Shown: positions 10,945 to 22,900 of the stretch, one piece after another
Layout: the number at the start of each line of letters is the position of its first letter
Numbering within the stretch: the first letter of the stretch is position 1
NCBI GenBank assembly: GCA_043825875.1
Contig: JBDRRF010000051.1
Coordinates: forward strand, 32,001-96,000
Source: Pseudomonadota bacterium
GTDB lineage: Bacteria > Desulfobacterota > Desulfobacteria > Desulfobacterales > RPRI01
Direction: 5' to 3'
Length of the DNA: 64,000 nucleotides
Program-made: the position numbers and the translations under genes
The notes under the pieces: generated by a model
The model's input: the letters and a program-made list of their open reading frames with translations, nothing else
Databases searched by the model: none
Told to the model about the DNA's origin: nothing

Positions 10945-12123
10945 TCAGGATATTTCCTGATCGGTAAGATAACATGCCGGGTCAGGCGCCCAGACATCAC
11001 CGGTTATTGCTTCGGCACGAACCCTGAAATTTCCGGCACAAATATCAAGCCACCTGCACTTGGCACATCGTCCTTTTACATGCTTTTTCTTTTCTTTAAG
11101 TTGTTTCAATAAAGGATCGGATAAATCTGTCCATATCTCGGAAAAGGGCCTTTCCTTTATATTTCCAAAGCTGTGGTGGCGCCAGAACTGATCTGCATGG
11201 ACATCGCCATTCCAGCTTATACATCCTATGCCTCTTCCTGAGTTATTGCCTTCATTCATTTCAAGAAGCTCAAGCACCTCCGCAGCTCTTTCCGGATTTT
11301 CTTTTAAAAGCCTTAGATAGATATAGGGGCCGTCAGAATGATTATCAACCGTAAGCACTTCTTTCTGCTTTCCTTTATCATGAAGCTTTTTGGTTAAATC
11401 AATGATTGTGTCAACTGCCTCTCTTGTCTGACTATGGCTAAGATCTTCTTCTACTAGTTTTGAGCCCCGGCCTGCATAAACAAGATGATAAAAGCATACA
11501 CGTGGGATTTCCATATCTTCAAGCAGGTTGAAAATTTTTGGTATTTCAAAAAAATTGTATTTGTTGACTGTAAACCGCAACCCTACTTTGATCCCGGCAT
11601 TCATGCAGTTTCTTATGCCATTCATAGCCTGATTGAAAGCGCCTTTTACTCCTCTGAAGCGATCATTTATCTCTTCCATACCATCAAGACTTATTCCAAC
11701 ATATGAAAGGCCGACATCTTTTAATATTTTTGCTCTTTGTTCGGAGATAAGCGTTCCGTTTGTAGATATTACTGCTCTCATTCCCTTTTTAACGGCATAA
11801 CCGGCAAGTTCGGGAAGATCTTTTCGCATCAAAGGCTCACCACCTGAAAAGAGTATTACCGGAGTTCCGAATTGAGAAAGATCATCAATAAGTTTTATCC
11901 CGTCTGCGGTAGAAAGTTCATCATCAACAGGGGTGCTTTTCGCATGTGCATAGCAGTGTATGCATTTTAAATTGCACTGTCTTGTAACATTCCAGACTAC
12001 AACAGGTTTCTTATCCGATGAAAACTGTAAAAGATGGGATGGAAGCTGTGAAGAAGAACGGTTGTAGCGAAGAGTATCTGAGGGCTCTACTGTGCCACAA
12101 TATAATTTGGATATTCCGATCAT
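10945..12123 (-). CDS. ahbC: 12,18-didecarboxysiroheme deacetylase, radical SAM
   Basis: [10 protein letters not shown]...[31 protein letters not shown]; context with hemB and ahbD. Confidence 0.92.
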   Translation of the reverse strand: MIGISKLYCGTVEPSDTLRYNRSSSQLPSHLLQFSSDKKPVVVWNVTRQCNLKCIHCYAHAKSTPVDDELSTADGIKLIDDLSQFGTPVILFSGGEPLMRKDLPELAGYAVKKGMRAVISTNGTLISEQRAKILKDVGLSYVGISLDGMEEINDRFRGVKGAFNQAMNGIRNCMNAGIKVGLRFTVNKYNFFEIPKIFNLLEDMEIPRVCFYHLVYAGRGSKLVEEDLSHSQTREAVDTIIDLTKKLHDKGKQKEVLTVDNHSDGPYIYLRLLKENPERAAEVLELLEMNEGNNSGRGIGCISWNGDVHADQFWRHHSFGNIKERPFSEIWTDLSDPLLKQLKEKKKHVKGRCAKCRWLDICAGNFRVRAEAITGDVWAPDPACYLTDQEIS

Positions 12124-12131
12124 TTGATGAG

Positions 12132-13910
12132 TTAAGACCCTTTCTGCTGTTTTTCGATTCCACCCAGGCCATTTGTTAAAATATCGCTGATGTATGCATC
12201 AGGGTCAATAAGGGCTTGACGGGTTATAAAGAAACGATTTTTCCCTGTTTTTTCTCTGATCAGCTTTAAACCGTACTCAAGTTTCATGCTCATCCGGTTA
12301 TAAAAATCTTCGGGATTAACGGAAGATTTGACAACCTGTTCCAAGGCAAAATCAATTGCATCATCTTCAATTACGATGTTTATATCATGATTTTTGAAAA
12401 ATTTTAATTCGAAATTTTTTATTTCATCACACAAAGTTTTTATCTTCTGGATAATAACGCCAACATCCATAATATGTCCGGAATAATAATCGGATATAAG
12501 ATCTATGCGTGATTGCGTCAGCGTAAGATTATATCTTTGCGAAAGAGAATTTTTATTTGCTATCAGATAATTTCTTATCAGTTCTTTTTCATGTGCAACA
12601 AGACTTTCAAAATCATCCGAGTATTGTTTATAGTTCTTTTTATCATGGGCCGATACCATGCTTTCAAGAAAGGCTTTGGGATCTTCAACTGCTGCTGCGG
12701 TAACAGGAAATTTTTCGATTGTTGTTGAGGGAAGATGCCTCTCGAAAACAATAAGCGCTCTTTCTATAGCGCTTACCAGTCCTCTTGCTCCGATATTTTC
12801 GTTGAAAGCACGTTGTGCAATAATTTGCAGGGCTTTTTCTTCAAATTTGATGTCAATTCCATATGCGGCAAAATCAAGTTTTTTCCCAAGAATAACAGGA
12901 TTGTTTGGATTGTTTAATATCTCAAAAAGATCGTTCTCGTTTAAATCTTCCAATACGGCTCTGACAGGCAAACGGCCTACAAACTCGGATTCAAAACCGA
13001 ATTCAACAAGATCTTCAGACTTTACGTGCGTTAACACATCGGCATAATTTTTTGCTTTTGGAGTACTTCCGCCAAAACCTATACTATTGTTGGCAACACG
13101 TTTTTGAATAATTTTTTCAAGTTCGGCAAAAGCCCCACTTACTATAAAAAGAATGTTCTTGGTATTTACGATCCGCCTGTTTTTTTTGCCTGTTTTGCGA
13201 AATCGTTCGATTTCCTGCATCATTGAGATCGGATCATGAGGTACCTTAAGATCCACTTCCGTCTCTTCAAGCGGTTTCAATAAAGCTCGCTGAACCCCGG
13301 TTCGTGAAACATCAGCTCCGATTAAACTTTGGCTTGATGCGATTTTATCTATTTCATCTATATATATAATTCCGTACTGGGCAAGTTCAATATTATCATC
13401 GGCTTCCCTTACAAGATCTCTTACAAGGTCTTCCACATCTCCGCCCACATACCCGGTTTCACTAAATTTTGTGGCATCCCCCTTTACAAAAGGAACTCCT
13501 ATCTTTTTTGCTATCAATTTAATCATGTAGGTCTTGCCGACACCGGTGGGACCAAGCATCAGAATATTATTTTTAATGCCGCAAAACATGTCATCTGCAA
13601 GATCTGGATATAAACTGAATGTTTTAATCCTGTTGTAATGCGTGCATATTTTTGTTGCAAGGATAGCCTTTGCATCATCCTGCTTAATTATATACTGATC
13701 GAGATAAGAGATAAGACCTTCCGGTTTTAAATCAAAATTTAATTTCTTGTCATTATCATTGGAGCATCCTATATGTTCGGTCTCATCCTCTTGGGTCATA
13801 GGCGCAGCAGAGGCAATCCGGACTGTTCCGCCAAATTTTTTTGAAAGGAAACTACCGATCTCTTTTTCGATTTCTTCAAATTTTGGAATTTTTTCATTTT
13901 TTGTTTTCAT
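12132..13910 (-). CDS. ClpX-like AAA+ ATPase lacking the N-terminal zinc-binding domain, with a C-terminal extension
   Basis: Walker A GPTGVGKT, DATKFSETGYVGGDVED, Walker B IYIDEIDKI, IGF loop (SIGFGG), GARGL. Confidence 0.85.
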   Translation of the reverse strand: MKTKNEKIPKFEEIEKEIGSFLSKKFGGTVRIASAAPMTQEDETEHIGCSNDNDKKLNFDLKPEGLISYLDQYIIKQDDAKAILATKICTHYNRIKTFSLYPDLADDMFCGIKNNILMLGPTGVGKTYMIKLIAKKIGVPFVKGDATKFSETGYVGGDVEDLVRDLVREADDNIELAQYGIIYIDEIDKIASSQSLIGADVSRTGVQRALLKPLEETEVDLKVPHDPISMMQEIERFRKTGKKNRRIVNTKNILFIVSGAFAELEKIIQKRVANNSIGFGGSTPKAKNYADVLTHVKSEDLVEFGFESEFVGRLPVRAVLEDLNENDLFEILNNPNNPVILGKKLDFAAYGIDIKFEEKALQIIAQRAFNENIGARGLVSAIERALIVFERHLPSTTIEKFPVTAAAVEDPKAFLESMVSAHDKKNYKQYSDDFESLVAHEKELIRNYLIANKNSLSQRYNLTLTQSRIDLISDYYSGHIMDVGVIIQKIKTLCDEIKNFELKFFKNHDINIVIEDDAIDFALEQVVKSSVNPEDFYNRMSMKLEYGLKLIREKTGKNRFFITRQALIDPDAYISDILTNGLGGIEKQQKGS

Positions 13911-14018
13911 ATTATCGATTATAATCACATGTAAATAAAAAGCAAGCATCAGAGATTATGGACTCATATAAGTCAATTATATATATTATAATTCTAAAGG
14001 CCAATAAAGTTAATTTAA

Positions 14019-15743
14019 ATGTTTATTCCAACAACTAAAGAAGAAGTAAAAAAACTGGGTTGGGACTCACTGGACGTTATCCTTGTTACGGGAGACAGCT
14101 ATATAGACAGCCCCTTTGTAGGAGTATCTATAATAGGGAAAATGCTGATTAAAAAAGGATTCCGGGTTGGAATCATTGCTCAGCCAGATATCAATTCTGT
14201 AAATGATATAATCCGTTTAGGCGAACCGGAGCTTTTCTGGGGTATATCAGGCGGATGCATAGATTCCATGGTTGCAAATTATACCGCCTCAAAAAAGAGA
14301 AGAAAAAAAGATGATTATACTGCCGGAGGGCAAAATACACGTCGCCCGGATCGAGCTGTTATTGTCTATTCAAACCTTATAAGAAAATATTTCAAAAATA
14401 CAAAACCTCTTGTTCTGGGAGGAATAGAAGCAAGCCTAAGACGGATACCACACTATGATTTCTGGTCAAACCGTTTACGAAAATCCATAATATTTGATGC
14501 TAAAGCGGATTATATTATCTACGGTATGGGCGAAAAAACTACGATTGAGATGGCAGAAAAGCTAAGAGATGGCAAAGATACTAAAGATATCCCCGGTATC
14601 TGCTATATATCGGGCAAGCCCCGCGAAGATTATATCAAGCTTTGTTCATTTAATGATTTACTTGCCGACAAAAATGCATTTATTGATATGTTTAATGTTT
14701 TTTACATAAACAATGATCCATTAAAAGCAAAGGGCATGTATCTAAAGCATGACACAAGGTATCTTGTTCATAATCCACCAGCGCCAAGTATTTTATCAGA
14801 AGAACTTGACGCTATTTATGATATGGATTTTGAAAGAGACTTACATCCGTATTATAAAAAGAACGGGCCGGTAAGAGCACTTGATACAATCAAATTTTCA
14901 ATTCCAACCCACCGGGGCTGTTACGGTGAGTGTAATTTCTGCGCAATTACAGTTCATGAAGGAACAACGGTAAGCTGGAGAAGTGAAAAATCAATTATCA
15001 GGGAAGCAAAACAAATTGCAGCACTTCCTGATTTTAAGGGATATATTCTTGATGTCGGAGGCCCTACGGCAAATATGTACGGATTTGAATGCGAAAAAAA
15101 GCTTTCCAGAGGAAGATGTTTAAACAAACGATGCATGTATCCAAACATTTGTTCCACGTTAAAGCCGGATCATGAAAAGCAAATAAAATTGCTTCAAAGT
15201 TTAAGAAAATTAAATGGGATCAAAAAAATATTTATTTCATCAGGTATAAGATATGATCTTTTGCTTGATGACAAAATAAATGGCGAAAAGTATTTAAAAG
15301 AAATAATACTGCATCACATATCAGGCCAGCTTAAAATTGCGCCGGAACATACTGAAGAAATGATTCTTAATCTGATGGGAAAGCAAGAAACAAAATCACT
15401 TCTTGAATTTGTTGACAAATTTTATAAGCATACAAAAGTTGCTGGAAAAGAGCAGTACCTTACTTACTATTTCATGGTATCCCATCCCGGCTGCAACAAA
15501 GACCATATAAAAAAGATGAAGTCGTTTATATCAAACAAGTTAAAGATCAATACCGAACAGGTCCAGATTTTCACTCCGACTCCGTCAACTTATTCAACTT
15601 TAATGTATTATAATGAAGTTAATCCTTTTAATAAAAAAAATATTTTTATAGAAAAAGATATATACGAAAAAGAAAAGCTAAAAAGAATTATTACGTCAAA
15701 AAGTACAGTGAAGCGTAAAAAGAACAAAGGCATAGAGGATTAA
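14019..15743 (+). CDS. YgiQ/UPF0313 family radical SAM protein
   Basis: GDSYIDSP, DSMVANYT, GGIEASLRR, RGCYGECNFC. Confidence 0.9.
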   Translation: MFIPTTKEEVKKLGWDSLDVILVTGDSYIDSPFVGVSIIGKMLIKKGFRVGIIAQPDINSVNDIIRLGEPELFWGISGGCIDSMVANYTASKKRRKKDDYTAGGQNTRRPDRAVIVYSNLIRKYFKNTKPLVLGGIEASLRRIPHYDFWSNRLRKSIIFDAKADYIIYGMGEKTTIEMAEKLRDGKDTKDIPGICYISGKPREDYIKLCSFNDLLADKNAFIDMFNVFYINNDPLKAKGMYLKHDTRYLVHNPPAPSILSEELDAIYDMDFERDLHPYYKKNGPVRALDTIKFSIPTHRGCYGECNFCAITVHEGTTVSWRSEKSIIREAKQIAALPDFKGYILDVGGPTANMYGFECEKKLSRGRCLNKRCMYPNICSTLKPDHEKQIKLLQSLRKLNGIKKIFISSGIRYDLLLDDKINGEKYLKEIILHHISGQLKIAPEHTEEMILNLMGKQETKSLLEFVDKFYKHTKVAGKEQYLTYYFMVSHPGCNKDHIKKMKSFISNKLKINTEQVQIFTPTPSTYSTLMYYNEVNPFNKKNIFIEKDIYEKEKLKRIITSKSTVKRKKNKGIED

Positions 15744-15883
15744 TAATTCTTGTATTGACCGTTAGTTGTTTTATTCATATAAAATCCGTTGCAAATATTA
15801 ATAATTATATTATTCCCCTTGTAAATATTGTGAGAAAGTTACTCACCTGTAGGGGAAGGCATCGGTTAGATTTTTTGTACCAT

Positions 15884-15974
15884 AAGGGTCCAAGGATTCG
15901 AGGATTCCAGGGTTCGAGAATAATAATGAAAAGGTTTTCCCTTGACCCCTTGAAGCCTCGAATCCTTGAATCCT
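15884..15974. repeat. Palindrome built from ~8-nt unit arms (AGGATTCG/CGAATCCT family)
   Basis: AAGGGTCCAAGGATTCGAGGATTCCAGGGTTCGAG...CTTGACCCCTTGAAGCCTCGAATCCTTGAATCCT; related elements at 37222 and 37939. Confidence 0.75.
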
Positions 15975-16027
15975 CAAGGGATCGGCTATAACTGATGGTA
16001 TTTAACTTTAATTTCAAGGAAAAAACC

Positions 16028-16273
16028 ATGGGAATACATTCACACAATTTTGTTGAAACATACACCGGGCTTGTGGGTTTTGGCATGGATAGAGAAACTG
16101 ATGAATACACAGTTCGGTATTATCTTCAAAAATTCTCTGATGATAAACTAATGGAGAAATTGATCGGCAGGCTTTCTGATGAAGAACTTTCAGAAATTTT
16201 TTTTATGATAACAAAAATTATGAAAAATCATTTAAGCGAACCTGAATACCATCAACTTTTTCTTAAAGATTAA
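16028..16273 (+). CDS. Small conserved hypothetical cytoplasmic protein
   Basis: 81 aa from MGIHSHNFVE behind an AAGGA RBS; ends in an 'EPEYHQLFLKD' motif. Confidence 0.7.
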   Translation: MGIHSHNFVETYTGLVGFGMDRETDEYTVRYYLQKFSDDKLMEKLIGRLSDEELSEIFFMITKIMKNHLSEPEYHQLFLKD

Positions 16274-16396
16274 TACCAAGTCGCGTTTAAATTCTAGATG
16301 CTTTGGCATCAAAGGTTCTGTCCTCGGCGTATTAAATATACGCCTGCGGGAAAACCTCCTTGCCGCCTTGCTATCTCTTTAAATGCAACTTGGTAT
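16273..16396. repeat. 124-bp palindromic MITE/REP-like element
   Basis: ATACCAAGTCGCGTTTAAA...TTTAAATGCAACTTGGTAT termini; central CCTCGGCGTAT-TAAAT-ATACGCCTGCGG hairpin. Confidence 0.75.
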
Positions 16397-16419
16397 GCGA
16401 ACATGCGAAAGGATAATTA

Positions 16420-17619
16420 ATGTTAACGGAAAAACAATTATTAAACTATGCAGATGTGCTTATATGGGGACTTAAGACTGCCAGGTCGGGCAAATATAAA
16501 AAAGGAGACATTGTTTTAATCAGATATAATGTGCCTGCATTAAGGCTTGCAGAAATCTTAAATGAAAAACTGCTTAAAATCGGAATTAATCCGGTTTTAA
16601 GAATGGGCACAACACCGGTTATGGAAAGAAACTTTTTTGATATTGCAGACAGCAAACAACTTATTTTCACAGCTCCGGGCGAAGAAGAACTTTATAAGAA
16701 AATTAATGGAAGTATTTTTCTTCATGCGCCTGAATCAATAACACATCTTCGCGGTGTAAATCCAAACAAAATCGGCAAGGCCACAGTTGCCAGAAAGCAT
16801 TTAAAAGATATACTTGACAAAAGAGAAGAAGAAGGCGCATTCGGCTGGACTTTGTGCATGCTTCCTACTGAAGAACTGGCAAAGCATGCCAAGCTGACTA
16901 TTAAAGAGTATACAAATGAAATTGCAGCCGCATGTTTTCTTAATAAAAAATCGCCTGTGGAGCAATGGCAGAAAGTATTTCAAGATGCAGTCCGGATAAA
17001 AAAATGGCTAAATAGCATGAAAGTAAAATCATTTCATATAGAATCGGAAAATACCGACCTTGAGATCACACCAGGCGACCAGAGAAAGTGGATAGGCATA
17101 TCAGGTCATAATATCCCAAGTTTTGAACTGTTTTTGTCTCCCGACTGGAGAAATACAAAAGGTGTATATTTTGCCAATCAGCCCTCATACCGAAGCGGTA
17201 ATTATGTAGAAAATGTAAGGCTTGAGTTTAAAAAAGGTGAGGCAGTAAAAATTGAGGCTAAAACAGGAGAAGAGTTTGTAAAAAACCAGCTTGCAATGGA
17301 TAAGGGAGCCAATAAGATAGGAGAATTCTCTTTAACAGACAAAAGATTTTCTAAAATAAACAAGTTTATGGCAAACACTCTTTTTGATGAAAACTATGGC
17401 GGAAGTTTTGGCAACTGCCATATTGCATTAGGCTCATCCTATTCGGATACATTTTCGGGAAATCCAAAAGACCTGACAAAAGACATCAAAAAGAAATTGG
17501 GATTCAATGATTCTGCCCTGCACTGGGATTTAGTCAATACCGAGAAAAAAAGAGTTACAGCAAATCTTGCTTCTGGGAAAACGGTTGCTATTTATGAAAA
17601 CGGAAAATTTATGGTTTGA
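16420..17619 (+). CDS. Aminopeptidase, M29 (AmpS/AmpT) family
   Basis: NIPSFELF, IGEFSL, LFDENYGG..GNCHIALG, NDSALHWDLV. Confidence 0.9.
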   Translation: MLTEKQLLNYADVLIWGLKTARSGKYKKGDIVLIRYNVPALRLAEILNEKLLKIGINPVLRMGTTPVMERNFFDIADSKQLIFTAPGEEELYKKINGSIFLHAPESITHLRGVNPNKIGKATVARKHLKDILDKREEEGAFGWTLCMLPTEELAKHAKLTIKEYTNEIAAACFLNKKSPVEQWQKVFQDAVRIKKWLNSMKVKSFHIESENTDLEITPGDQRKWIGISGHNIPSFELFLSPDWRNTKGVYFANQPSYRSGNYVENVRLEFKKGEAVKIEAKTGEEFVKNQLAMDKGANKIGEFSLTDKRFSKINKFMANTLFDENYGGSFGNCHIALGSSYSDTFSGNPKDLTKDIKKKLGFNDSALHWDLVNTEKKRVTANLASGKTVAIYENGKFMV

Positions 17620-17860
17620 TTAACGATAAAAAGAAGAAAAACAATATTTTTCGCTTTTCCGGCAAAGAAACTGTGTCTTAATCATAATCTTTGCCGGCAT
17701 GACAATTGGTGACCTTTTGGCCATCAGATCATGATTAAAGACTGCTTAAGAAGTATGTAAAGATTCACATAATGATAATATTGCACATACATCTATTGAT
17801 TTCTACCATATCTTTGGACAGGATACATCAGCTTAAATATCCAAAATAACCGGATAAAGT

Positions 17861-17888
17861 TTGACAATATATAGCTAAAATGTATATT
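17861..17888 (+). promoter_or_regulatory. Sigma-70 promoter candidate for the mod-res operon
   Basis: TTGACA-N16-TATATT. Confidence 0.5.
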
Positions 17889-18056
17889 ATATAAACCTGT
17901 TTATTTTGGTTTTATTAAGATTTATGCACCAAAGTCTGGGAAATGTGGCACCGATCTATAATACTGTTACAACTACAAAGTAGTAGCTGTTGATGCACAA
18001 CCTGTGAGGCTGAAAACAAATAATAGCTGCCAAGTTGTAAGTGGAGAACAATCTGC

Positions 18057-19961
18057 ATGAAAAAACTGGACCCGAAAACCGATGGTGCATCGCCAGACAT
18101 TGTTGAGAAAAATATTGAGAAGATAAAAGAACTATTCCCCGAGGTTTTTATTGAGAAAAAGATTGACTTTAATGTCCTTCGCGAAATCCTGGGTGATTAT
18201 ATTGATGACAGGCCTGAAAGATATAGCTTCACCTGGAACGGCAAAAGCCGCGCCCGTCGTATCTCCCAAATGTCTTCAACCGCTACTCTGCGCCCATGTC
18301 CTGAAGAATCCGTTAATTGGGATTCCACGCAAAATCTTTTCATTGAAGGCGATAACCTCGAAGTATTAAAGCTTCTTCAGAAGTCTTACCACAAGAAAGT
18401 AAAGATGATTTATATCGACCCGCCTTACAACACGGGAAAGGAGTTCATCTATCCGGACAAATTCAAGGATAATATAGATACTTATTTGCGCTATACAGGA
18501 CAGATTGATGAAGAGGGTCTTAAGTTATCAGCAAATTCTGAGACATCAGGACGATACCATACAAACTGGCTAAACATGATGCTTCCGCGTCTTAAACTGG
18601 CACGCAATTTGTTACGTGACGATGGAATCATATTTGTTTCGATAGATGACGGCGAGATCGCCAATCTCCGAAAATTATGTGATGAAATTTTTGGCGAGGA
18701 AAACTTCATTGCGAATATTATTTGGCATAAGAAATATACCCGCTCCAATGATGCTAAGTGGTTTTCTGACAACCATGATCACATCCTCTGCTACGCTCGT
18801 TCCAAGGAAGAGTTTTTTATTAGACCACTTACCAGAAGTAGCAAGCAGATAGCCGCTTACTCAAATCCGGACAATCATCCAAAAGGCCCCTGGAAAGCCA
18901 CACCACTTCATGCAAAGAGTGGGTCAAACACATCTACATATAGATTTAAAAATGGCTCCATATGGAAGCCTCCAGTTGGTACATATCGTAGATACACCGA
19001 CGAATCCATGTTAAGAATGGAAACAGGTGGTGAGATATGGTTCGGTGAAAACAATAAGCAAATACCTCAACGGAAAAGTTTTTTATCAGAAGTCAAAGAA
19101 GGGGTAACCCCAATTACTTTGTGGCCATATAGCGAAGTAGGTCACAATCATGAGGCAAACAACGAACTCAAAGATCTGGAAATGGGAGGGCTCTTTAATA
19201 ATCCTAAACCCACTCGCCTAATCAGACGAATGTGCGTTCTTTCTGATATGGATGATCGTGATGGAATAGTCCTGGATTTTTTTGCCGGATCGGCGACAAG
19301 TGCAAATGCTGTACTTTCTCAAAATGCAAATGACAGCGGTTGCCGCAGATTCATTATGGTACAACTACCAGAGCCCTGCGAAAATAAATCAGAAGCATAT
19401 ATAGCTGGCTATAAAACAATTGCAGATATTGGCAAAGAACGCATTCGGCGAGTAATCAAGAAAGTAGAAACCGAGCAATCAGAGAAACTCAAAAAGAACA
19501 AAGAAAAACTTCCGGGCATGGAAACGAATATACCGGATCTGGATCTTGGCTTCAAGGTCTTTAAACTGGACGCCAGCAACATCAAGCCATGGGACACGGA
19601 CTTCGATAATCTTGAAGATGCCCTTTTCAATGCTGTAGAAAATATCAAACCGGATCGAAGTGAAGCGGATGTGCTTTATGAACTACTTCTAAAATATGGT
19701 CTGGATTTGGCCGTGCCGATAAAAGAGAAAAAGATTGAGGGAAAGACTGTCTATATTATTGGGTCAGGGTCGCTAATAGTTTGTTTAGCCGATGGTATCA
19801 GTCTTGGGATCGCAGAGCACATTGCAGCGCTTAAGGATAAACTGAAACCGGAGGTGATGCGTGTGATCTTTAAGGATTCTGGATTTAAAGATGATGTAGT
19901 CAAGACCAATGCCCTCCAGACTCTGCGCAAGGCAGGCATTGATGATGTCAAGAGCTTGTAG
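18057..19961 (+). CDS. mod: Type III R-M system DNA methyltransferase (Mod)
   Basis: EGDNLEVLKLL, IYIDPPYNTG (motif IV), VLDFFAGSAT (motif I), central variable target-recognition region. Confidence 0.95.
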   Translation: MKKLDPKTDGASPDIVEKNIEKIKELFPEVFIEKKIDFNVLREILGDYIDDRPERYSFTWNGKSRARRISQMSSTATLRPCPEESVNWDSTQNLFIEGDNLEVLKLLQKSYHKKVKMIYIDPPYNTGKEFIYPDKFKDNIDTYLRYTGQIDEEGLKLSANSETSGRYHTNWLNMMLPRLKLARNLLRDDGIIFVSIDDGEIANLRKLCDEIFGEENFIANIIWHKKYTRSNDAKWFSDNHDHILCYARSKEEFFIRPLTRSSKQIAAYSNPDNHPKGPWKATPLHAKSGSNTSTYRFKNGSIWKPPVGTYRRYTDESMLRMETGGEIWFGENNKQIPQRKSFLSEVKEGVTPITLWPYSEVGHNHEANNELKDLEMGGLFNNPKPTRLIRRMCVLSDMDDRDGIVLDFFAGSATSANAVLSQNANDSGCRRFIMVQLPEPCENKSEAYIAGYKTIADIGKERIRRVIKKVETEQSEKLKKNKEKLPGMETNIPDLDLGFKVFKLDASNIKPWDTDFDNLEDALFNAVENIKPDRSEADVLYELLLKYGLDLAVPIKEKKIEGKTVYIIGSGSLIVCLADGISLGIAEHIAALKDKLKPEVMRVIFKDSGFKDDVVKTNALQTLRKAGIDDVKSL

Positions 19962-19971
19962 GAAAGCTGTC

Positions 19972-22900
19972 ATGAAAATCCAATTCAACCCGAATCTTGA
20001 CTTCCAGCATGAAGCAATAAATTCTGTTACTGATATATTTAAAGGTCAGGAAATTTGCCGGACGAATTTCACCATAGCACCAATAAAATATGACCCCCAG
20101 ACAAAACTTGAATTTGAAAACTTGCGAAATGATTTGGGTATCGGCAACCACTTAAAGCTTGGTGATGAAGATATCTTTGAAAACATAAAAGCAATCCAGC
20201 TTAGAAACGGGCTTGCACCTTCCGAATCGCTTGACTCCTTAAACTTCACGGTAGAAATGGAAACCGGAACCGGCAAAACTTATGTTTACCTGCGTTCTAT
20301 TTTCGAGTTGAACCGTCTATACGGTTTTACCAAGTTTATCATTGTGGTGCCTTCTGTAGCAATCAAGGAAGGTGTTTATAAATCACTACAGATGACGGAA
20401 ACACACTTTAAGGGATTATATGAAAACGTACAGTTTGATTATTTCATATACGACTCCCAGAAGCCAGGACCGGTGAGAAATTTTGCCACAAGCGATTATA
20501 TTCAGATAATGGTCATTAACATTGATGCCTTCAGAAAAAGCTTTACCGACCCGGAAAAAGAAGACAAAGCCAATATTATCCATCGCCCACATGAGAAGAT
20601 GGCCGGAAACCGCCCCATCGAATTTATACAGGCAACAAAACCCATAGTTATTATTGATGAGCCACAAAGTGTGGATACTACCAGCAAGAGCAAGGAAGCC
20701 ATAGCATCGCTTAATCCTCTTTGCGCCCTTCGCTATTCCGCCACTCATGTGGAAAAATATCACATGATGTACAAGCTTGATTCTGTTGATGCTTATCAGC
20801 AAAAACTTGTGAAGCAGATTGAAGTATCGGGTATTGAGATAAAGGATAGCCACAACAAGGCATTCATCCGGCTGCTTAAGGTAGATAATAAAAAGAGCCC
20901 GATTACCGCACAGATTGAAATTGATGCGAAGCAGCGCACAGGTTATGTCAAGCGGGTTAAAAAAACCGTCCGCAGTGGCAATGACCTGCTGGAAATATCG
21001 GGGGGCCGGAGCATTTACGATGGTTATATTATAGAAGATATCTATTGTGAAAAAGGCAATGAGTATATCAGCTTCACCAGCAAGCCTGATATTGTAAGAC
21101 TGAATCAGGCCATTGGTGAAGTAAACGATGAAGCATACAAAAGACTTCAAATTCGTAAAACCATAGAAAAACATCTTGAAAATGAGAAGGAACTTCGGCC
21201 AAGAGGACTGAAGGTACTTAGCCTGTTTTTTATAGACCGTGTTTCAAATTACCGCTGGTATGATGATAAAGGTAATCCACAACCCGGAATATACGCAAAA
21301 ATATTTGAAGAAGAATATAACAGGGAGATTACCAAGCCAAAATACTATACTTTGTTTGATGGCGCTGATCTTGAAACCACAGCACAAGATGTTCATAACG
21401 GCTACTTTGCGATTGATAAAAAGAAGACAACATCAGGCCGATCTGTTGAGATATTCAAGGACTCGCATGGAGAGGGGAAAGCAAGCGCTGATGAAAGCGC
21501 TTACCGGCTCATTATGCAGGATAAAGAAAGACTTCTAAGCTTTGATACAAAGCTTAAATTTATTTTTTCCCATTCGGCATTAAAGGAAGGTTGGGATAAT
21601 CCGAATGTCTTTCAAATCTGCACATTAAACGAAACCTCATCGGTTATGAAAAAACGGCAGGAAATCGGACGCGGCCTTCGTATAGCCGTAAACCAGGATG
21701 GTGAAAGAGTTCATGGGTTTGATGTAAATACGCTTACTGTAATGGCAAATGAATCATATGAAGAATTTGCAAAACAGCTTCAAAAAGAGATTGAAGAAGA
21801 AACCGGTATTAAGTTCGGCATAATTGAAAAGCATATATTCGCAAACATTCTGGTACCGACTGATGGCCATCAGGCAGAGTATCTTGGGATTGAAACTTCA
21901 CATTTGCTCTGGAATCATTTGGAGTCTGAAGGCTATATAGACAAAAATGGTAAAGTACAAAATTTATTACGCTCCGACCTTAAGGAAAGTAAAGTAATTC
22001 TTCCGGAAAAGATGGCGGATGTTTCACAGCAGATATTAGCAATTATCCAAAAGACTGCCGGCAAACTTAACATCAGAAATTCCGATGACCGCAAAAAAGC
22101 TGAATTGAATAAGGCTGTATATTTAAGCGATGATTTCCAGCAATTATGGGAAAAAATAAAATACAAAACAACATTCAGGGTAGATTTTGACCCAAAAAAG
22201 TTGATTGAAAAATGCGCTGATGAAATAAATAAAACACTGATTGTAGGCAGAACAAGGTTTATCACAAGAACTGCAACTCTTGATGTGGATAGAGGCGGTG
22301 TTAATGCACAAGAAGTTTACGAAACCATGTCGGTTTATAATGATCGTGATTATGATCTTCCGGATCTTGTAAGCTATTTACAGAATGAAACTAACCTGAC
22401 CCGCAGATCAATCGTTGCTATTTTAAAGGCAAGCGGCAGGCTACAGGATTTTAAGAATAACCCTCAAAAATTTATTGAGCAGGTTACTTCAATCATTAAG
22501 CATCAAATGCAGGTTTTTATTGTAGATGGTATTAAATATGAAAGAATAGGTTATCATCATTACTATGCCCAGGAGATTTTCAAGGAAAACGAACTGTATG
22601 GCTATCTGAAAAAAAACATGCTTGAAAGTAAAAAATCGGTCTTTGACCATATCGTTTATGATTCTGATATTGAGGCTGATTTTGCCAGGTCATTTGAACT
22701 TAGCAAGGATGTAAAGGTTTATGCCAAGCTCTCGGGATGGTTTAAAATAGAAACACCCCTGGGAAGCTATAATCCGGATTGGGCAGTGCTTGTAGAAACA
22801 GAAAACCAACAAAGGCTGTACTTTGTAGTCGAATCCAAGGGAAGTCGTTTTAGCGAAGAACTCAGAATTACGGAAAACGCCAAAATTCAATGCGGCCGGA

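Noticed and set aside
17930..18040. Possible remnant of a DUF4391-like gene before mod
   Set aside because: Only a few codons resemble it, and only after assuming a frameshift.
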